A stretch of DNA of 60,330 bases, filler included, from Sphacelaria rigidula (GCA_964200075.2; 10 parts of 10 records of this genome joined end to end with filler, not necessarily neighbours in it), one strand, 5' to 3'. Counted from the whole stretch's first letter, positions 1-12,800 are shown. The notes: generated from the letters alone by a model not told the origin. Program-made: numbers and translations.

Positions 1-2487
1 CCTAACCTAATTACATATGACTTTCATATGAACGCCGTACCCCCCCCCCCGCCCCCCCCCCGCCCCCCCCGAATCTCCCTTGAATTATCTCGGGGGAGTT
101 CGAGGCTTCCGTCCCCCGACAGGGTATGACTACGTGCAAACAAACCAATATCGAGCTAAAACCCTTCCCCCTTTTCACCCCAAAATCAACGCAAAAATGT
201 GTTTTCGCACATGCCCTCTGCGGAAACGGAAGGCTAGAAACTCCCCAAACAAATTCTGGAGATCGGAGGGGATGGGGTCGTCCATATATGAAAGTAATAT
301 GTCACTACTTTGGATCAGCACAGCACTGGTTGAAGTTGAACGTCATTTCGATGTTCTATTTTGTTCAACCCCATTTCTTAGGATCCTCTGTTAAGAGTGG
401 TATGTGGTCTGTGAGGTATCGTAGAACAGCCCGGACACCTTTCGGGGGATACACCCCCTCCGTTTGGCATCCCTAACGGTCACGCTTACTTTCTTCTTCC
501 GTAGTGGTTACGTAGGTGAAGAGTCAGTGTGTGTGCTGTTTGTCTTTGCTGGATATAACGGCAAGATGAGTTCAGCGTGCCATCGCTATCACTGAAGACA
601 GTCTACTGCATGCTGCTGTGCCTCTGCTTAGTGGAAAACTCCGAATATCCGTGGACTGTCAGCCTGTGAAACTGTTCCGAGGCGACGCTCGATGTCTAAG
701 GGTTTTTTGTGATGCCCCTCCGTATTCAGACGCTATACATACACCTTCACAACGCTGACACATGCCGAGATTCAACGCTTTTTTCAACTGTTTTTCAAGC
801 TTACCTCAAAACCTGTAGCACTGAGAAAATTTCCGTGGTGTGTGGGGGGTTGCTGGAGGTACCTCAAACTCGGGGTTCCCGGTATATTTTACTGTAAAAT
901 ACTGTGAAACATACACATACCGCGAACCTCGAGTTTGAGATACCCCCCCGCTGTTAATAACTCGTATCGCACACATCGCCGAGGATCACAGATGTTTTAT
1001 ACGAATCTTTCGTTCCTATTTCGTTATAGGTACAGAAGTGTGCGCTGTATGCACGTGGTGCAGAGAAGCGGGGATGGTGGGGAGCCAGTGTTTTGTATCA
1101 CACGCGGCCATTCGGCTACCCCCCTTAAAATCCTCTGTCGCGATTTTCATCCTTTCGAGGGTAGAGTGACCCTCGGGAGGATAACAATACCCTCTAGAGA
1201 GTGTTTCATACCCGGTTCCGGTCATAAAACGAACCCTCTGAAGGGCATCTGATGCTTCAGTGACTTCTGAGGTCTGAATCCCTCCAGAGTAACACAAATC
1301 TGGTGCTCTGGAGCACGTGGTTTTCGTGAACGTCCCTTAGAGGGAAATATGAACGGCAGAGGGAAATATGAGCATCATTCCTCTGGCGGAGGGATCGACT
1401 ATGGCCTCCAAGGCATTTGTTGCGACCCCGGAAAACACAGCCGTGCAGTATCCTCCAGCGTATACAATTACACGTGTGCACTTGTGTCCTAACTGCTTCC
1501 AGGCGACCTTTGGGGCCATCACGCCAGAAAAAATATATGTATCACCCACCGTTCACAGATCGAATTGCAAAGCTGACAACACTTATTCCCAGCTATAATA
1601 CCACCACAATAACCCTGCAGCAAAGAGCACGAGTTGGCTACAGGGATACAGATACACACTGCAGTAGTTGAGCATGATGTATGTCTTGTTGGTGGAAGTT
1701 TGAACTTGAGCAGCGGGGTATGGTGCGGGCAACAAATGTCGGTTTACCGCAAACACACCCATGAACAGTGCAGGCAGAGAGAGCTGCGCACACTGTTCAA
1801 GTCCTTTTCACGTCGCACTGTAAGCAGAAAACATACATATAGTCCTGCGCTGTCTGTACTGTACTGTGTCCGCTTCCCTTTCACGCCCTACTGACTGAGC
1901 GGTGAGCACGCTGCAAGAAGAGGCATCGTAGTGTATACTCAGTAGCTGACGGTATATAACAGCCCCATGCACCCAAAGTTACAAGCATCCACATTGTTCA
2001 GCCATACGTGGCGCATATGCCGCGCTAACTCTGCAGTATATTGCGCAGCACGTATATAAGCACGATATGGTACTGTCCTACACGGTATTGTACAGTTCAG
2101 TACAGCATCAAACCATGCTTATTGTTGTGATGGTCATATCGCCATCAACGTACAGGATAAACCGCGATCATAATTTTTCGCGTGTTTACTCGAAAAATGC
2201 TTCACTTTGGTGTTCGAATGGTGAACACCGGACTACGGGGTTTTCAAACTTGTATGTTTAGCAGGATGAGATTCATACCAAACGTACGTCATAACCACAA
2301 TCGAAAGCCAAGTAGCATGGCTGTGTGTACATACATTCGCAATCGGTGTACGGGATTTGAAACCAGTCGAGGCTGTTGAAGACTTCGATCCGCTTTCCCA
2401 ACGTATGAAATGGGGGGCAAGAGGATGAGTTCTCAACGACTTCTGCTGTCTCTTGACTCTCATCCACTGATACCGTGCCGTATGTGG

Positions 2488-3925
2488 TGGAGCCTGGTAT
2501 CGTATCAACTTTTCGAGATATAGTGTATCTATATATACCCCTCCCGAAAAAGGTGATATGTCATAAAAGTTGATATATTTGTAGTCATGTTCATACACCC
2601 CCCCATTTTTCCATATATCGCTATAAATCTGATATGTTTAGGGCATATGATATATAGGGGTATAAACAAGATATATACTATATATCACGTGATTTCTGGC
2701 TGTGTGACGTGTATCACCTGCCATCTGACCTATATGGTGATGAAATAACCTTCTATTTTTCCTACAGTATATGGAACATAATAATGTAGTGCATTACATA
2801 TATAGTCCCTGCATATATAATATATGTCGCGTTTTCCAGTGGTACTCTCGCATCTAAGTACCTGTCGCCGTGTCACATCAGTACCTGCCGGTGGTTGGGA
2901 ACTGTGCCCAGTGTGGCAATTGTATTGGTGACCCCACCAAACGCACCTGCTCCGAGGTTATATATTTACATATGTGGTGAAGAGCAGACGTGCAGACGTG
3001 CAGACATCGGTAGCATTGCGATCAATAACGACAGTAACATGTATCATAAGAATATTCATGTTTTTTTTTCATTATGGCTGGCGCCCCACACGTGATCCCT
3101 CCAACCTCCGACCTTCCTTCAGGGCATATCACAGGTCAGGCGGCTATTATGATACAATCCTCCTTCGACCGACTGCAACCGGACGAACCCCGACCGAAAA
3201 ATCAAACCAAAGCAAGAAAAACTGCAGCAAATCAAAACATCGAAAGTTCAGGTACAAGGGAAAAAACACTGGAAGCTCAATTCGCCTGGCACGGAGTTGC
3301 ACTTCTCCGAAACCCCGAGAAAATAAATTTCACGCCACCCGCTGGCTGCCTCCCGCCCCCCACTTGTTACGAGAAGCACGTGCCGATCCTTGCGGTTTTG
3401 GCAGTGGTCGAAGATGGCCTGAGGGCGGTGTTCGGGGTGTGCGCAGTCGAAGGCGACTGCTGCTGAGACTCGTCTGTAGCCGGGGATGAAGGTGCCTGGG
3501 CGTCGCTCATCGCATCAAAACTTTACCTCAGTAATGAAAGTCTGGCAGACGTGTGCGTCCCCTTTTGTGTACAGTAGGCGGTCCCAGTAATCGCGCACGG
3601 TACAGCACATTGCACAGATATCAGCCGATATCTTACATGCATCACGCAATGCGGTCATATATACACTGTAGATCACCTGATGATATAGGCAACAAACTAT
3701 CCAGTATCACCTGATATAGGCCTATATATCATGTACCACATATCATATACCCTTCTAGTCACATTTTACTGAAAAAGCTCCATATAGGGTATGTATATGA
3801 TATAAAGTCACAAAAATATCATTTCATATCATATACCCTCTGAAAAAACATGACTAAGGTATATGAAATATCATATTGTATAGGGGGGTATATATAGGCC
3901 AGGGGTATATCTATACCAGGCTCTA
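2488..3925. mobile_element. Non-autonomous hAT-type DNA transposon (~1.44 kb)
   Basis: TIRs T(G/A)GAGCCTGGTAT at 2488-2500 and 3913-3925; perfect 8-bp TSD GTATGTGG at 2480-2487 and 3926-3933; AT-rich subterminal repeats; no intact transposase. Confidence 0.85.
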
Positions 3926-4649
3926 GTATGTGGGACTTGAACAGCAAAAGCTGCTCGCAAATAATAGTCTTTTCTTGCCCAATTGAAGGTATTGATGAGC
4001 AAAATGAGGATTTCTTTCGAACAGTTTCTGGTGTACAAATTCCATTTGCGAGTGTATATGGGATTTGCACAGCCTCTGCTGTTCGAAACAAATCCTTTTG
4101 GCCTGATTCCAATAATTTGGAATCAGGACTTATTTCGAACAGCTGTGAAAATTTCAGATTTCCATAGCGCGCTTGTGCCTCCAAAAATAACCCAGGGAAT
4201 TTTAATATCGACACAGACCTTCGAGGGCCCCAACATTGAAAATCCTCTAGAGGATTATGAATACCCAAGATCCTCTACGGAGGACTTTAAAGCGGATGGA
4301 ACCGAGGATGACGTTTGAAAATTCCTCTAGGATGTAGCCGAATGGCCGCTGATTTCTTTTCTGATATCTATCTGCAGAGATGAAATTTTCCGCAGAGGAG
4401 CTACTTGTAGGAGTTGAACCTGCCAACAGCAATATGGCTCAGTTTCATACACCATCCCCTGTTTGCACTGGCGGTGGACGCCAGTTTACCTTAGAGTAGG
4501 GGCATACGTGGGCGCGCCAGCCCGGGCCAGACAGGAGGAACGCCAACCCCGGAGTTTTTATTCTGTTTTCAGTACCCCGCCTTCCTTTTGCTATGGGCAT
4601 CGGTGCGTACGGTATCAGTCAGTCGGTGAGCAGTGGTGTGCGGGCGTTT

Positions 4650-5001
4650 GTGTGTTGTCATCCATCTATTCTGCACGCCAACAATCTACACCTCATTTCG
4701 GTATATATCTGGGTGCATCAGCCGGGGTCACGCAAGGCGAAGGCCAATACGGGAATTCTATTGTTCTTAAAATCTTTCCTCCTGCGGTGCTTGCCTTTTT
4801 TTATCGCGAGAGGGATTCAGCAGTCCCTTTCCCTCGCCGACCGTGCAATAGACCTTCGAATACCCACGACATAGTCGCTCTCCACTGTTGGGCATGGTGT
4901 GAGACGCATTCCAGTTCGTGTGACTTCATCAAGGTTCGAACCAACGACCGAACCGTTAGAAGAATTCGAGGTTACGAATTAAGCCACCGGGGCGACCGGC
5001 T
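4650..5001 (-). mobile_element. tRNA-derived SINE, near full-length copy
   Basis: Minus strand starts AGCCGGTCGCCCCGGTGGCTTAATT...GGTTCGAACC (A/B-box-like head). The body is shared with 5260-5614, 26100-26450 and fragments at ~4470-4590, ~5110-5230 and ~6690-6900. Confidence 0.7.
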
Positions 5002-5259
5002 GCTACTGGTTCTTGTTTTCATTTTCGCCATTATTTTGAAGACAAAGACACACGTACTGGCAAGAGGAAAGACTTTCACACAGCAAGGCCAGAGTTTTTA
5101 TTTTGTTTCGTGAAGTCTTCGTTCCTTCTGCGGTGCTTGCCTTCCCTTTTATTCGTGAGGAGGGTTTTTCAGAGGTTCCTTCCCCACCTTGACCGTGACG
5201 TGTAGTTTTGTGTGACGTAATCGCTGTCCACAAAATGGTGCATGGGCGTATGTGTGTGT

Positions 5260-5614
5260 GTGTGTTGTCATTCCATCTATTCTGGACGCCAGTCTACACC
5301 TTTCGGTATATGTGGGCGCATCAGCCGGGGTCACACAGGAGGAAGGCAGACACAAGATTTTTTTTTTCTTGAGTACTCCACCTTCCTTCTGCGGTGCTTA
5401 CCTTATTGTTTATCGCGAGAGGGGTTCAGCAGTCCCTTTCTCTCGTCGACCCTAAAGTCGAATATATGTGTACCTACGACATAGGCGCTCTCCACTGTTG
5501 TTGGGCATTGTGCGAGAAAAAATCCCAGATTGTGTGACTTCGCCGAGATTTGAGCCCACGACCCAACTATCAGAAGATGCCGAGGTGACCAACTGAGCCA
5601 CGGGTGCAAACGGC
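5260..5614 (-). mobile_element. tRNA-derived SINE copy (same family)
   Basis: Colinear similarity to 4650-5001, including the head (AACTGAGCCACGGG on + strand). Confidence 0.7.
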
Positions 5615-5871
5615 TCGCAGAATCAAGAATTCACACCCTGGACAGTGCATTACAATGCCAAGCAGTTCACGCTGTACACTGTTGACTATTGCGTCTATTG
5701 TAAGTACACAAGCAAAGCAAGTCGCTCATGTTGGAAAGGTGCGGTGCCGCTGAACGTATGGCATACGCTCGTGGGCTGCCAATATGCCAACGTTTATCCG
5801 CAATCGTCTTCATTTGAGTGTGCTTGCAGTATCAATGTTTCCAATACAGAGATGTTTGTCCGTAGATATCG

Positions 5872-5944
5872 AGCCGGTCGCCCCGGTGGCTCAGTTGGTA
5901 ACCTCGTGACCTTCTGATGGTTGAGTAGGGGGGTTCGATTCCCA
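5872..5944 (+). mobile_element. tRNA-like head of the same SINE, truncated by contig end
   Basis: A-box TGGCTCAGTTGG and B-box GGTTCGATTCC; matches the heads of the minus-strand copies; no complete cloverleaf. Confidence 0.7.
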
Positions 5945-6044
5945 NNNNNNNNNNNNNNNNNNNNNNNNNNNNNNNNNNNNNNNNNNNNTTAATTAATTAA
6001 NNNNNNNNNNNNNNNNNNNNNNNNNNNNNNNNNNNNNNNNNNNN
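5945..6044. other. Artificial contig spacer; identical spacers at 11989-12088, 18033-18132, 24077-24176, 30120-30219, 36163-36262, 42205-42304, 48247-48346, 54289-54388
   Basis: Identical 100-bp linker (44N-TTAATTAATTAA-44N) with stops in all six frames, separating contigs of decreasing length. Confidence 0.97.
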
Positions 6045-6980
6045 TGCATCCCGTACGGTAGGGACCCCGGTCCGGCATTGAGATCGGTCTGTGCATTTTC
6101 GTATCACAGTTTGGAGGGGGGGGGAGGGGGTATACTCATGATCATGCATATCATAGTCATGAGACCGTTGACGGGGCGGCGGGCGGGAGCGAGATACGAC
6201 AGCACGGAAAGCAGGGGGTCGGGGGGGGGGGATCAAGGTCAGAGTTCGCCGTCGTACACCTCTGAAATCCTGAAAAAAAAACGCGCATAGTAACTTCAAG
6301 ACTAGAATGCAAAAACGCCCGCACATGAAACCGCGACAAAAAAAATCCCAGGGAACCAGAGAAACCTGGTTAAAAACTGGCGTGCCAGCCACTTTCGTTG
6401 TGGTATCTTGTCGACGTACCACTGCCGGATACATAAATCGCGTACAAAGGGGCTTGTAAAAGTGCGTCATTTGCCGTGCCGAAACAAGCCTGTGGTTGGT
6501 GTTTGGTGTTGTGCTTGTATTGCTCTTGTTTTGCATCACCTACACAAACATTGTTGGGTGCGTCTGTCACGTGACCACGGCTGGATCCCTGATGGGTCAG
6601 TTCAAGTATGGCAACCGACCAACCAATCCATCAATCCATCAATCAAAAATATATAACCATACGTACATGAGTATGTGCTGCGCCCTGGTGTGTTGTCATC
6701 TCATCTATTCTGGACGTCAGTTTACTTCTTTCGGTATATGTGGGCGCACCAGCCGGGGTCACACAGGAAGAAGGCCAGCACAGGAGTTTTTTTTTTCTTT
6801 TTATTTCTTCAAGTTCTCCGCCTTGCTTCTGCGGTGCTTGTCTTATCTTTCATCACGAGAGGGGTTTGGCACTCCCTCACCCTCGTTGACCATGAAGTCG
6901 TGGTGTACCCTAAACATGTTGGAATCGATCACACCCTGCACAATATGTGTCCAATAGTTGGAATAGAAGAAGAATTATGC

Positions 6981-7413
6981 TGTGGAGACCACGTATGTAT
7001 GAGCGTATATGATGATAATAATAATAATAATAATGATAATTTCCGCAAATCAGCGAGATGAACACCCAAATACACGTGTAAGCCGGAGAAACAGTCCAGT
7101 GACACACACAAGCGGACCCGAAACCTTCAAACTTGTGCAACTGGATCTTGGGCAACCTAGGCAATAGGCTCTACGGTACAAGAGCCCGAAACAATAGGGC
7201 AACCGCATGAACCCTGGTGGAACGTAGCCGATACTACCGTACCACCTCGTCCCCTTCTCCTTGCCTACCATCGGTCACGGCCGCATCCTTGCCTGGATGA
7301 CAAGAGAGAGAATTACGCCTCGCTCTGGAGATCCTTCGGCAGCAGGGTACGACAACGTTCTTCTTCGGGACCCGTAACTCTACTGCCTCACCCGTAGCGA
7401 AGCCTAGTTCACA
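6981..7413 (+). repeat. 5' LTR
   Basis: TG...CA ends; 3' ~340 bp nearly identical to the 3' LTR; contains an (AAT)n tract. Confidence 0.9.
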
Positions 7414-7414
7414 G

Positions 7415-7500
7415 TGGCGTCGACGGTAGGGTTTGAACCTATCCGTGCAGAGCACTTTGACTGGAGCGTGCGGGGCACACTGCCTTACCAATGGCGACAT
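7415..7500 (-). other. Primer-binding site extended into a tRNA-Ser-like sequence
   Basis: Minus strand reads ...GCCATTGGTAAGGC...AGTCAAA GTGCTCTGCAC GG ATAGG TTCAAAC CCTAC CGTCGAC G CCA: D-arm-like hairpin, long variable arm, T-arm, acceptor 3' strand, G discriminator, CCA. Confidence 0.7.
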
Positions 7501-10500
7501 TATCCGAAACAAAGGGAACCAAGGAACGCTTTAGCAGGTGAAACGTATGGGTCATGTATGCACAGTTATTCGAGTCAAGAGGATTGTAGGAACCAGCGAA
7601 ACGCGAAATTAGCCTCCAGTGTGCATTATATATCACCAGCAGAGCTGGTCAAAGAGCGAATCCGCACTCGTCAACCCACCTCGTACCACCATAGTGCAAG
7701 AGGCACGGCAATCTATCAAGCAGACCGACCTCTGAGAACGCGATGACTCGAAATCGCCCTGACAAAATTCTACCCAACCTGCGATTGCACTACTTTGTCA
7801 TAGCCCACCATTTACCAAACGAAAGCAGAGGGCATACTAGACGGTCGTGCCGAGTCTCAGCTCACAAGTTAAGAGGAGTTGCAAACGGCAGATACTTAAT
7901 TTTTTTCACGTCTCAGAGCGCATGCTATGAAGAAAAAGTAACAACTCTCTGGTGAAAAATATCGGAGAGAGCGGTTTTTCTAGTCAGTACAGTAACTCTT
8001 CCGGTAAGGCATCAAAACAGCCCCAGTTGTGACGTGAAAGTACTGACTAGGATAGAGCATAAGCTGAACAAGAGCAACACAGGTCGGAAGAAAAGAGTGC
8101 GGAGTAAAACATGAACAACCTCCGTACTTGGAGTTAGTTCCTGAACAGCCTTTATAACAGCCGTCGAAAAGCGTTACACCAGGCACGGGTCCACAACTGT
8201 TGAGACTCATATCATACTGCTTTTTTCGCAGTACCCCAAGGGATCGGTAACGTTCCATCGTACACATGTGCAACCTGCCGCCAGAATGAACAATATATAT
8301 TTTCAAGCAGTCACTGTTGATTGCTAATCGGAACTGCCCATACTCCCTCTACAAGATCATCCGGTCACATTTTTGTTAGATGTAGCACCTGTATAGATCT
8401 GCATCTTTAAGTAGACGATCACCATTCAACACCGAGGAGGGCAGTTTGCTTGTCATACGATAGCCTCTACAGTGGGATCGTGTGCGAAGTTTTACAAAGA
8501 GAGAGCGAAAGTACCTGATATAATCACGCAGCTCACAGTAAGCAACACAAGTAAAAAAAATGGTGCAGAGCAACCAGCCTTCGTACTCGGAGAGTGTTCC
8601 GCAAGTATCTTTCATAGCCTAACCGTCATGTGTAATCAATGCGAAAACACCGATTAAAATCTCGGACTCCAAAGCTGTCAACACTTCGAAGCATTTTACT
8701 TTCCATGTATCATCGTTAGCGCGGTACCCGAAGGGACCTGTAATGATACACCCAGCTTCGGCCAGAATCCACGTGCCAGCTAGAATAACGTTAGTGCTGA
8801 GCAGGCCCTGACGAAAGATCCACTTCACACCTGCCTATTATCAGCCTAAGGTTAATCCGTTCGCACCGTGCTCCGAGCACGGCGGACATCAAACTAGTCC
8901 CAAGCAGATCTTTGGATCTTAAAAGCGCGGACATATCATCAGTTTCAAATGTCTGATCGTGGCACGCAACTTTTACATGGTCAACGGGGAGTAAGAGAGC
9001 TGTGGTTCAGGTCGCCAATCCCTCCAGCAGGCACGTCCGTATTGCGGGAAACACTCTGTTGGGATACATTGCACTTGCATCAGAGGTCCGAACGGTGAAA
9101 ACGACAAACACAAGCACTGCAGCCGCCGAAAAGAAAAGAAAAGAAAACACTCGTCAAGAGTTGGACAGGCGTTTAAAATGCCTTCACAAGCCGCACATTT
9201 CCGCAGGAACAGAGGCCCAAGTCCTCGATATGTGTGCTAAACACCGGACAATATTTTCGTTTTCACGGCAGGGGTTGGGATGCTGAACGATAAGTGAAGC
9301 TAAATGTTCACTCAAACCGGTTACACAGCCAGTCGACAGACGTCCTACAAGGCCAACCCAAGGGCACAAGCAGTCATCGACAAGTGTGTGTACGAAACGA
9401 AATCCTCAACTGAAGCACCTTGTAAATACGTCGATTCCGTGATGGATCATAAGACGCGTTATGCACTTTCTATCCCGATTCTTAACTAGTCAACCATGAC
9501 GGTGGGACAGATGCTAGTTGACGGAGTTTTAACAATATTTGGCATTCCGCAAAAGTTGACTCTGATCAATCAACGCAAGGAGTTTTAGAATCGAGTGATT
9601 TGCCACATAGGCACACTGCTGCAATAAGGGAAGACCCGCACGACTCCGTTCAGACTTCAAGACAACTCAGTTTCAGAACGGGTACACTCATATCTACACG
9701 CTATGTTGGCAATGCGCAGGTCAATCAAACACGACAACTACGCAGCTATGCGTGCAAATGGCTTTATCTTTTCCGAAGTATCGCCACAAGTATGAAAGTC
9801 AAGTTGGGCAACGATGCACAACAAACATCGATACGCTTGGCTCACTGGAGAAAATACTACCTACAGGAGCAAGCCACGGCGACCAATTTTTGATTGACTT
9901 GCCGACTTTCTCTTGGGGAAAATATTGCCTCTTCCACAGGTTGACGGCCCAGATGTAGCATTACCGTGAAAATCGAATGTTACACCGGTGACAAAGTCGT
10001 GGGACATGGACGAAGCCCAGGGGGGAAAGTGACCTCAACTATATATTCCACCTCAGACTCAGAGGCTACGGTCCATGGGCTGACCTAGAGTATAGTGCGG
10101 ACGAGGTACCCCAATGTCAACATCTCATAGACGCGTACAGGACCAAGCGAGACTGATTAGCGCGCCTCCACCAGACCCGCCGTCTCGTAACAAGAGAAAA
10201 AGAAAACGGGTTAGTGAAACTGTTCGGGAAGCCAAGTTTCCCGTTGGGAACAATGCCCGGAAAAGTGCACTAGCAGGAAATTTCCCGCTACATGCAGACG
10301 CGTTCGGTATAAAGCGAAAGCAAAAAAGGATTGATGCCATGGTCACCGCGACCACAAGGACATCAGCGGTGCAGAGAGACTCGACCCAAAGGTATGAGCT
10401 CTCACCAGCAAAATAGAAGTATTGCTGGCGAGGACAACCGTGGCAATTTTGTAATCTTGGAGTATACCACTCCAGACATACAAATAGCAGCCACCGTTCT

Positions 10501-10961
10501 CTTCTTGTCTCGGTCTGTGTCTCCCTCAGACACGAGTATTTCAATGTCATTCGGTAATCACCGTGGGTTCAGTGTTCAAGCAAAAGGCGGAACGACAACA
10601 CCATCCCATGCGAAAACACAATGTTTTCTACTGAATTGCCCTTAAATCAGCAACTATAAGGGCATCAGAATCTGTACTGATCCCACAGATTTCACAGATG
10701 CCGCGATCAGGTGACCAAGTCACCAACCGCCGACACAAGTATGCTGATTACGTGAGCCTGGATGCGAAGGTCGATAGAATTCACCGTATGGTGTTTACTC
10801 AACACGACAGTATAGAGAATATGACACGTGTAGACACAGGCCAGTCGAATGGCATCATAACACACATATAACGAGGGATGCACGTTATCATTTTCTTCAT
10901 AAATATTCGCCACAGTTCCTCGAATAGAGAGACTTGAGGCGCGTCAAAAGGGGGGGGGTGA

Positions 10962-11364
10962 TGTGGAGACCACATATGTATGAGCGTAATGAACATCCAA
11001 ATAAAAATGTCAGCCGGAGAAACAGTCTCAGGAATGGGATTCGCCAGTGACACACACGAGCGGACCCGAAACCTTCAAACCTGTGCAACTGGATCTTGGG
11101 CAACCTAGGCAGTAGGCTTTCCGGTACAAGAGCCCGAAACAATAGGGCAACCGCATGAACCCTGATGGAACGTAGCCGATACTACCGTACCACCTCGTCC
11201 CCTTCTTCTCCTTGCCCACCATCGGTCACGGCCGCATCCTTGCCTAGGTGACAGGAGAGAGAATTACGCCTCGCTCTGAAGATCCTTCGGCAGCAGGGTA
11301 CGACAACGTTCTTCTTCGGGACCCGTAACTCTACTGCCTCACCCGTAGCGAAGCCTAGTTCACA
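10962..11364 (+). repeat. 3' LTR
   Basis: Direct repeat of 6981-7413, preceded by a PPT. Confidence 0.9.
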
Positions 11365-12239
11365 GTACGGCACAAAGTACAGGAGAATTGAGACTATGTC
11401 GACAACAGTTGCAATAGGCCGATACTTTACGCAGTACATTTTTCTATTGACATTTCACGCATCGGACAGCTCAAGAGCTACCTGAATATTACTTGTTATT
11501 TGTGTACTGATCCGGATCACGAGCTAGCTCATGTGGCCGCTTTTTCCATATTCGCTCCCTACAGTGCTGGACACCGACCACGCGGAGTAGCGTAAAGGTA
11601 GCGCTGTGGCTTCTCAGACCCTGCTGTCACGTAGTTTATGTTGTTGGATAAGGGATCTGAGAGTCCCCTTCGGTGAGTCATTTTGGGCAGCTCATGAGCT
11701 GTCCGACGTGTGCAACATTTGACCGCAACTTGTCCACGGTGTGAAATCGACTAGGGTGACGTAGAGGTTTGCATCCCAGCGGATACAATTCTTCGCGTCG
11801 TTCCTCTCCGAAGCATATGATTTCCATCGTTAAAAAAGTGACGATGTGAGTACAGTTGTGACAAAGATTTAGCAAAAGTAGACGCAGTATGATAACATCG
11901 GGCATGTACAAGCCCTCCGTTTCCCGTCCTCCGACGAAGGCCATGACCGGTCTTGTCGGTACGGCGTGGGGAGGGTCTTTTCGGCGGGNNNNNNNNNNNN
12001 NNNNNNNNNNNNNNNNNNNNNNNNNNNNNNNNTTAATTAATTAANNNNNNNNNNNNNNNNNNNNNNNNNNNNNNNNNNNNNNNNNNNNAAAACATATCAG
12101 TTAGTTGACGTCCCGAACAGGAAAACATTAACGAAAATGCATGCATCCTCCTTGCCCCTACCCCCTGCGCGAGTCTTGGCACCACACCGCAAATTTGGTG
12201 TCATCTCAATACACAGTGTAACACCAACAGATGCAGGGT

Positions 12240-12800
12240 CTCAGAGCATGCGATTCTGTTCATGTCAAAGTTTTTAGGTTGTAGTTCGGATCGGCTGTAC
12301 AACTACTCCTTATCCCTAACGAAACAGTTTGGACGCTGTACGAAACGGTTTATTGATAATATCTACAGGGCACACATTAGAAACGTAAAGAGTCGTGCAC
12401 CGCTAGATATGATCAGGGACGATGGGGATCTGGAGGGTATCTACCCAACAATGATCACCGATGGTATCGGGGGATTAGTATCACTTACAGCGGAACGAGC
12501 TAGGCCAGCGGTACATTTTCCAGGTATGGATTGTGATCCTGATCCATCTTCAGAAAAACGGTGAAGAAAATACGATGAAGGCGAACGCACGGAAATATTC
12601 CTAGACAACCGCCGATTTCCTCACACCAGGGCAACAATGTTGTTGAGGCCGGAACATTGTATGTCACACACCATAGCCAGTTGTGTCGGCACACTTGCAA
12701 AAGCAATGAACACGCATACTTCGTCATCTCAACAGGAAACCTGTCCCGATCGGCGATGGGAAACCAGTAGAAATATAAATTGTTGCGTATAAAACTGAAC
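12240..12800 (+). pseudogene. Penelope-like element reverse transcriptase remnant
   Basis: Ordered degenerate motifs RFIDNI (cf. RYIDD), GIYP, VHFPGMD (cf. VxFLDM), RFPH, TLYVTHHSQLCR (cf. YGxxxSQLxR), with frameshifts. Confidence 0.55.

Larger units (their letters stand above)
6981..11364 (+). mobile_element. Decayed, internally deleted Ty3/Gypsy-like LTR retrotransposon
   Basis: Two LTRs TGTGGAG...TTCACA; PBS starting TGG at 7415; polypurine tract AAAAGGGGGGGGG at 10946-10958; RT N-terminal remnant (YKANPRAQAVIDKCV) and integrase-core remnant (VMDHKTRYALSIPI...MLVDGVLTIFGIPQKL...KEF*NRVI) at ~9340-9600; many stops. Confidence 0.85.

Noticed and set aside
1..10. CCTAACCTAA at the window start as a telomere
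   Set aside because: Only two units are present, which is too short to support.
5872..5944. Apparent tRNA gene ending in CCA
   Set aside because: It is identical in design to SINE heads elsewhere, has no acceptor stem, and the CCA coincides with the contig break.
5945..6044. Regularly spaced TTAATTAATTAA motifs every ~6.04 kb
   Set aside because: These are artificial linkers embedded in N-runs. Adjacency between contigs has no biological meaning.
7050..7512. Duplicated ORFs also seen at 10897-11439
   Set aside because: They reflect the two LTRs, not paralogous genes.
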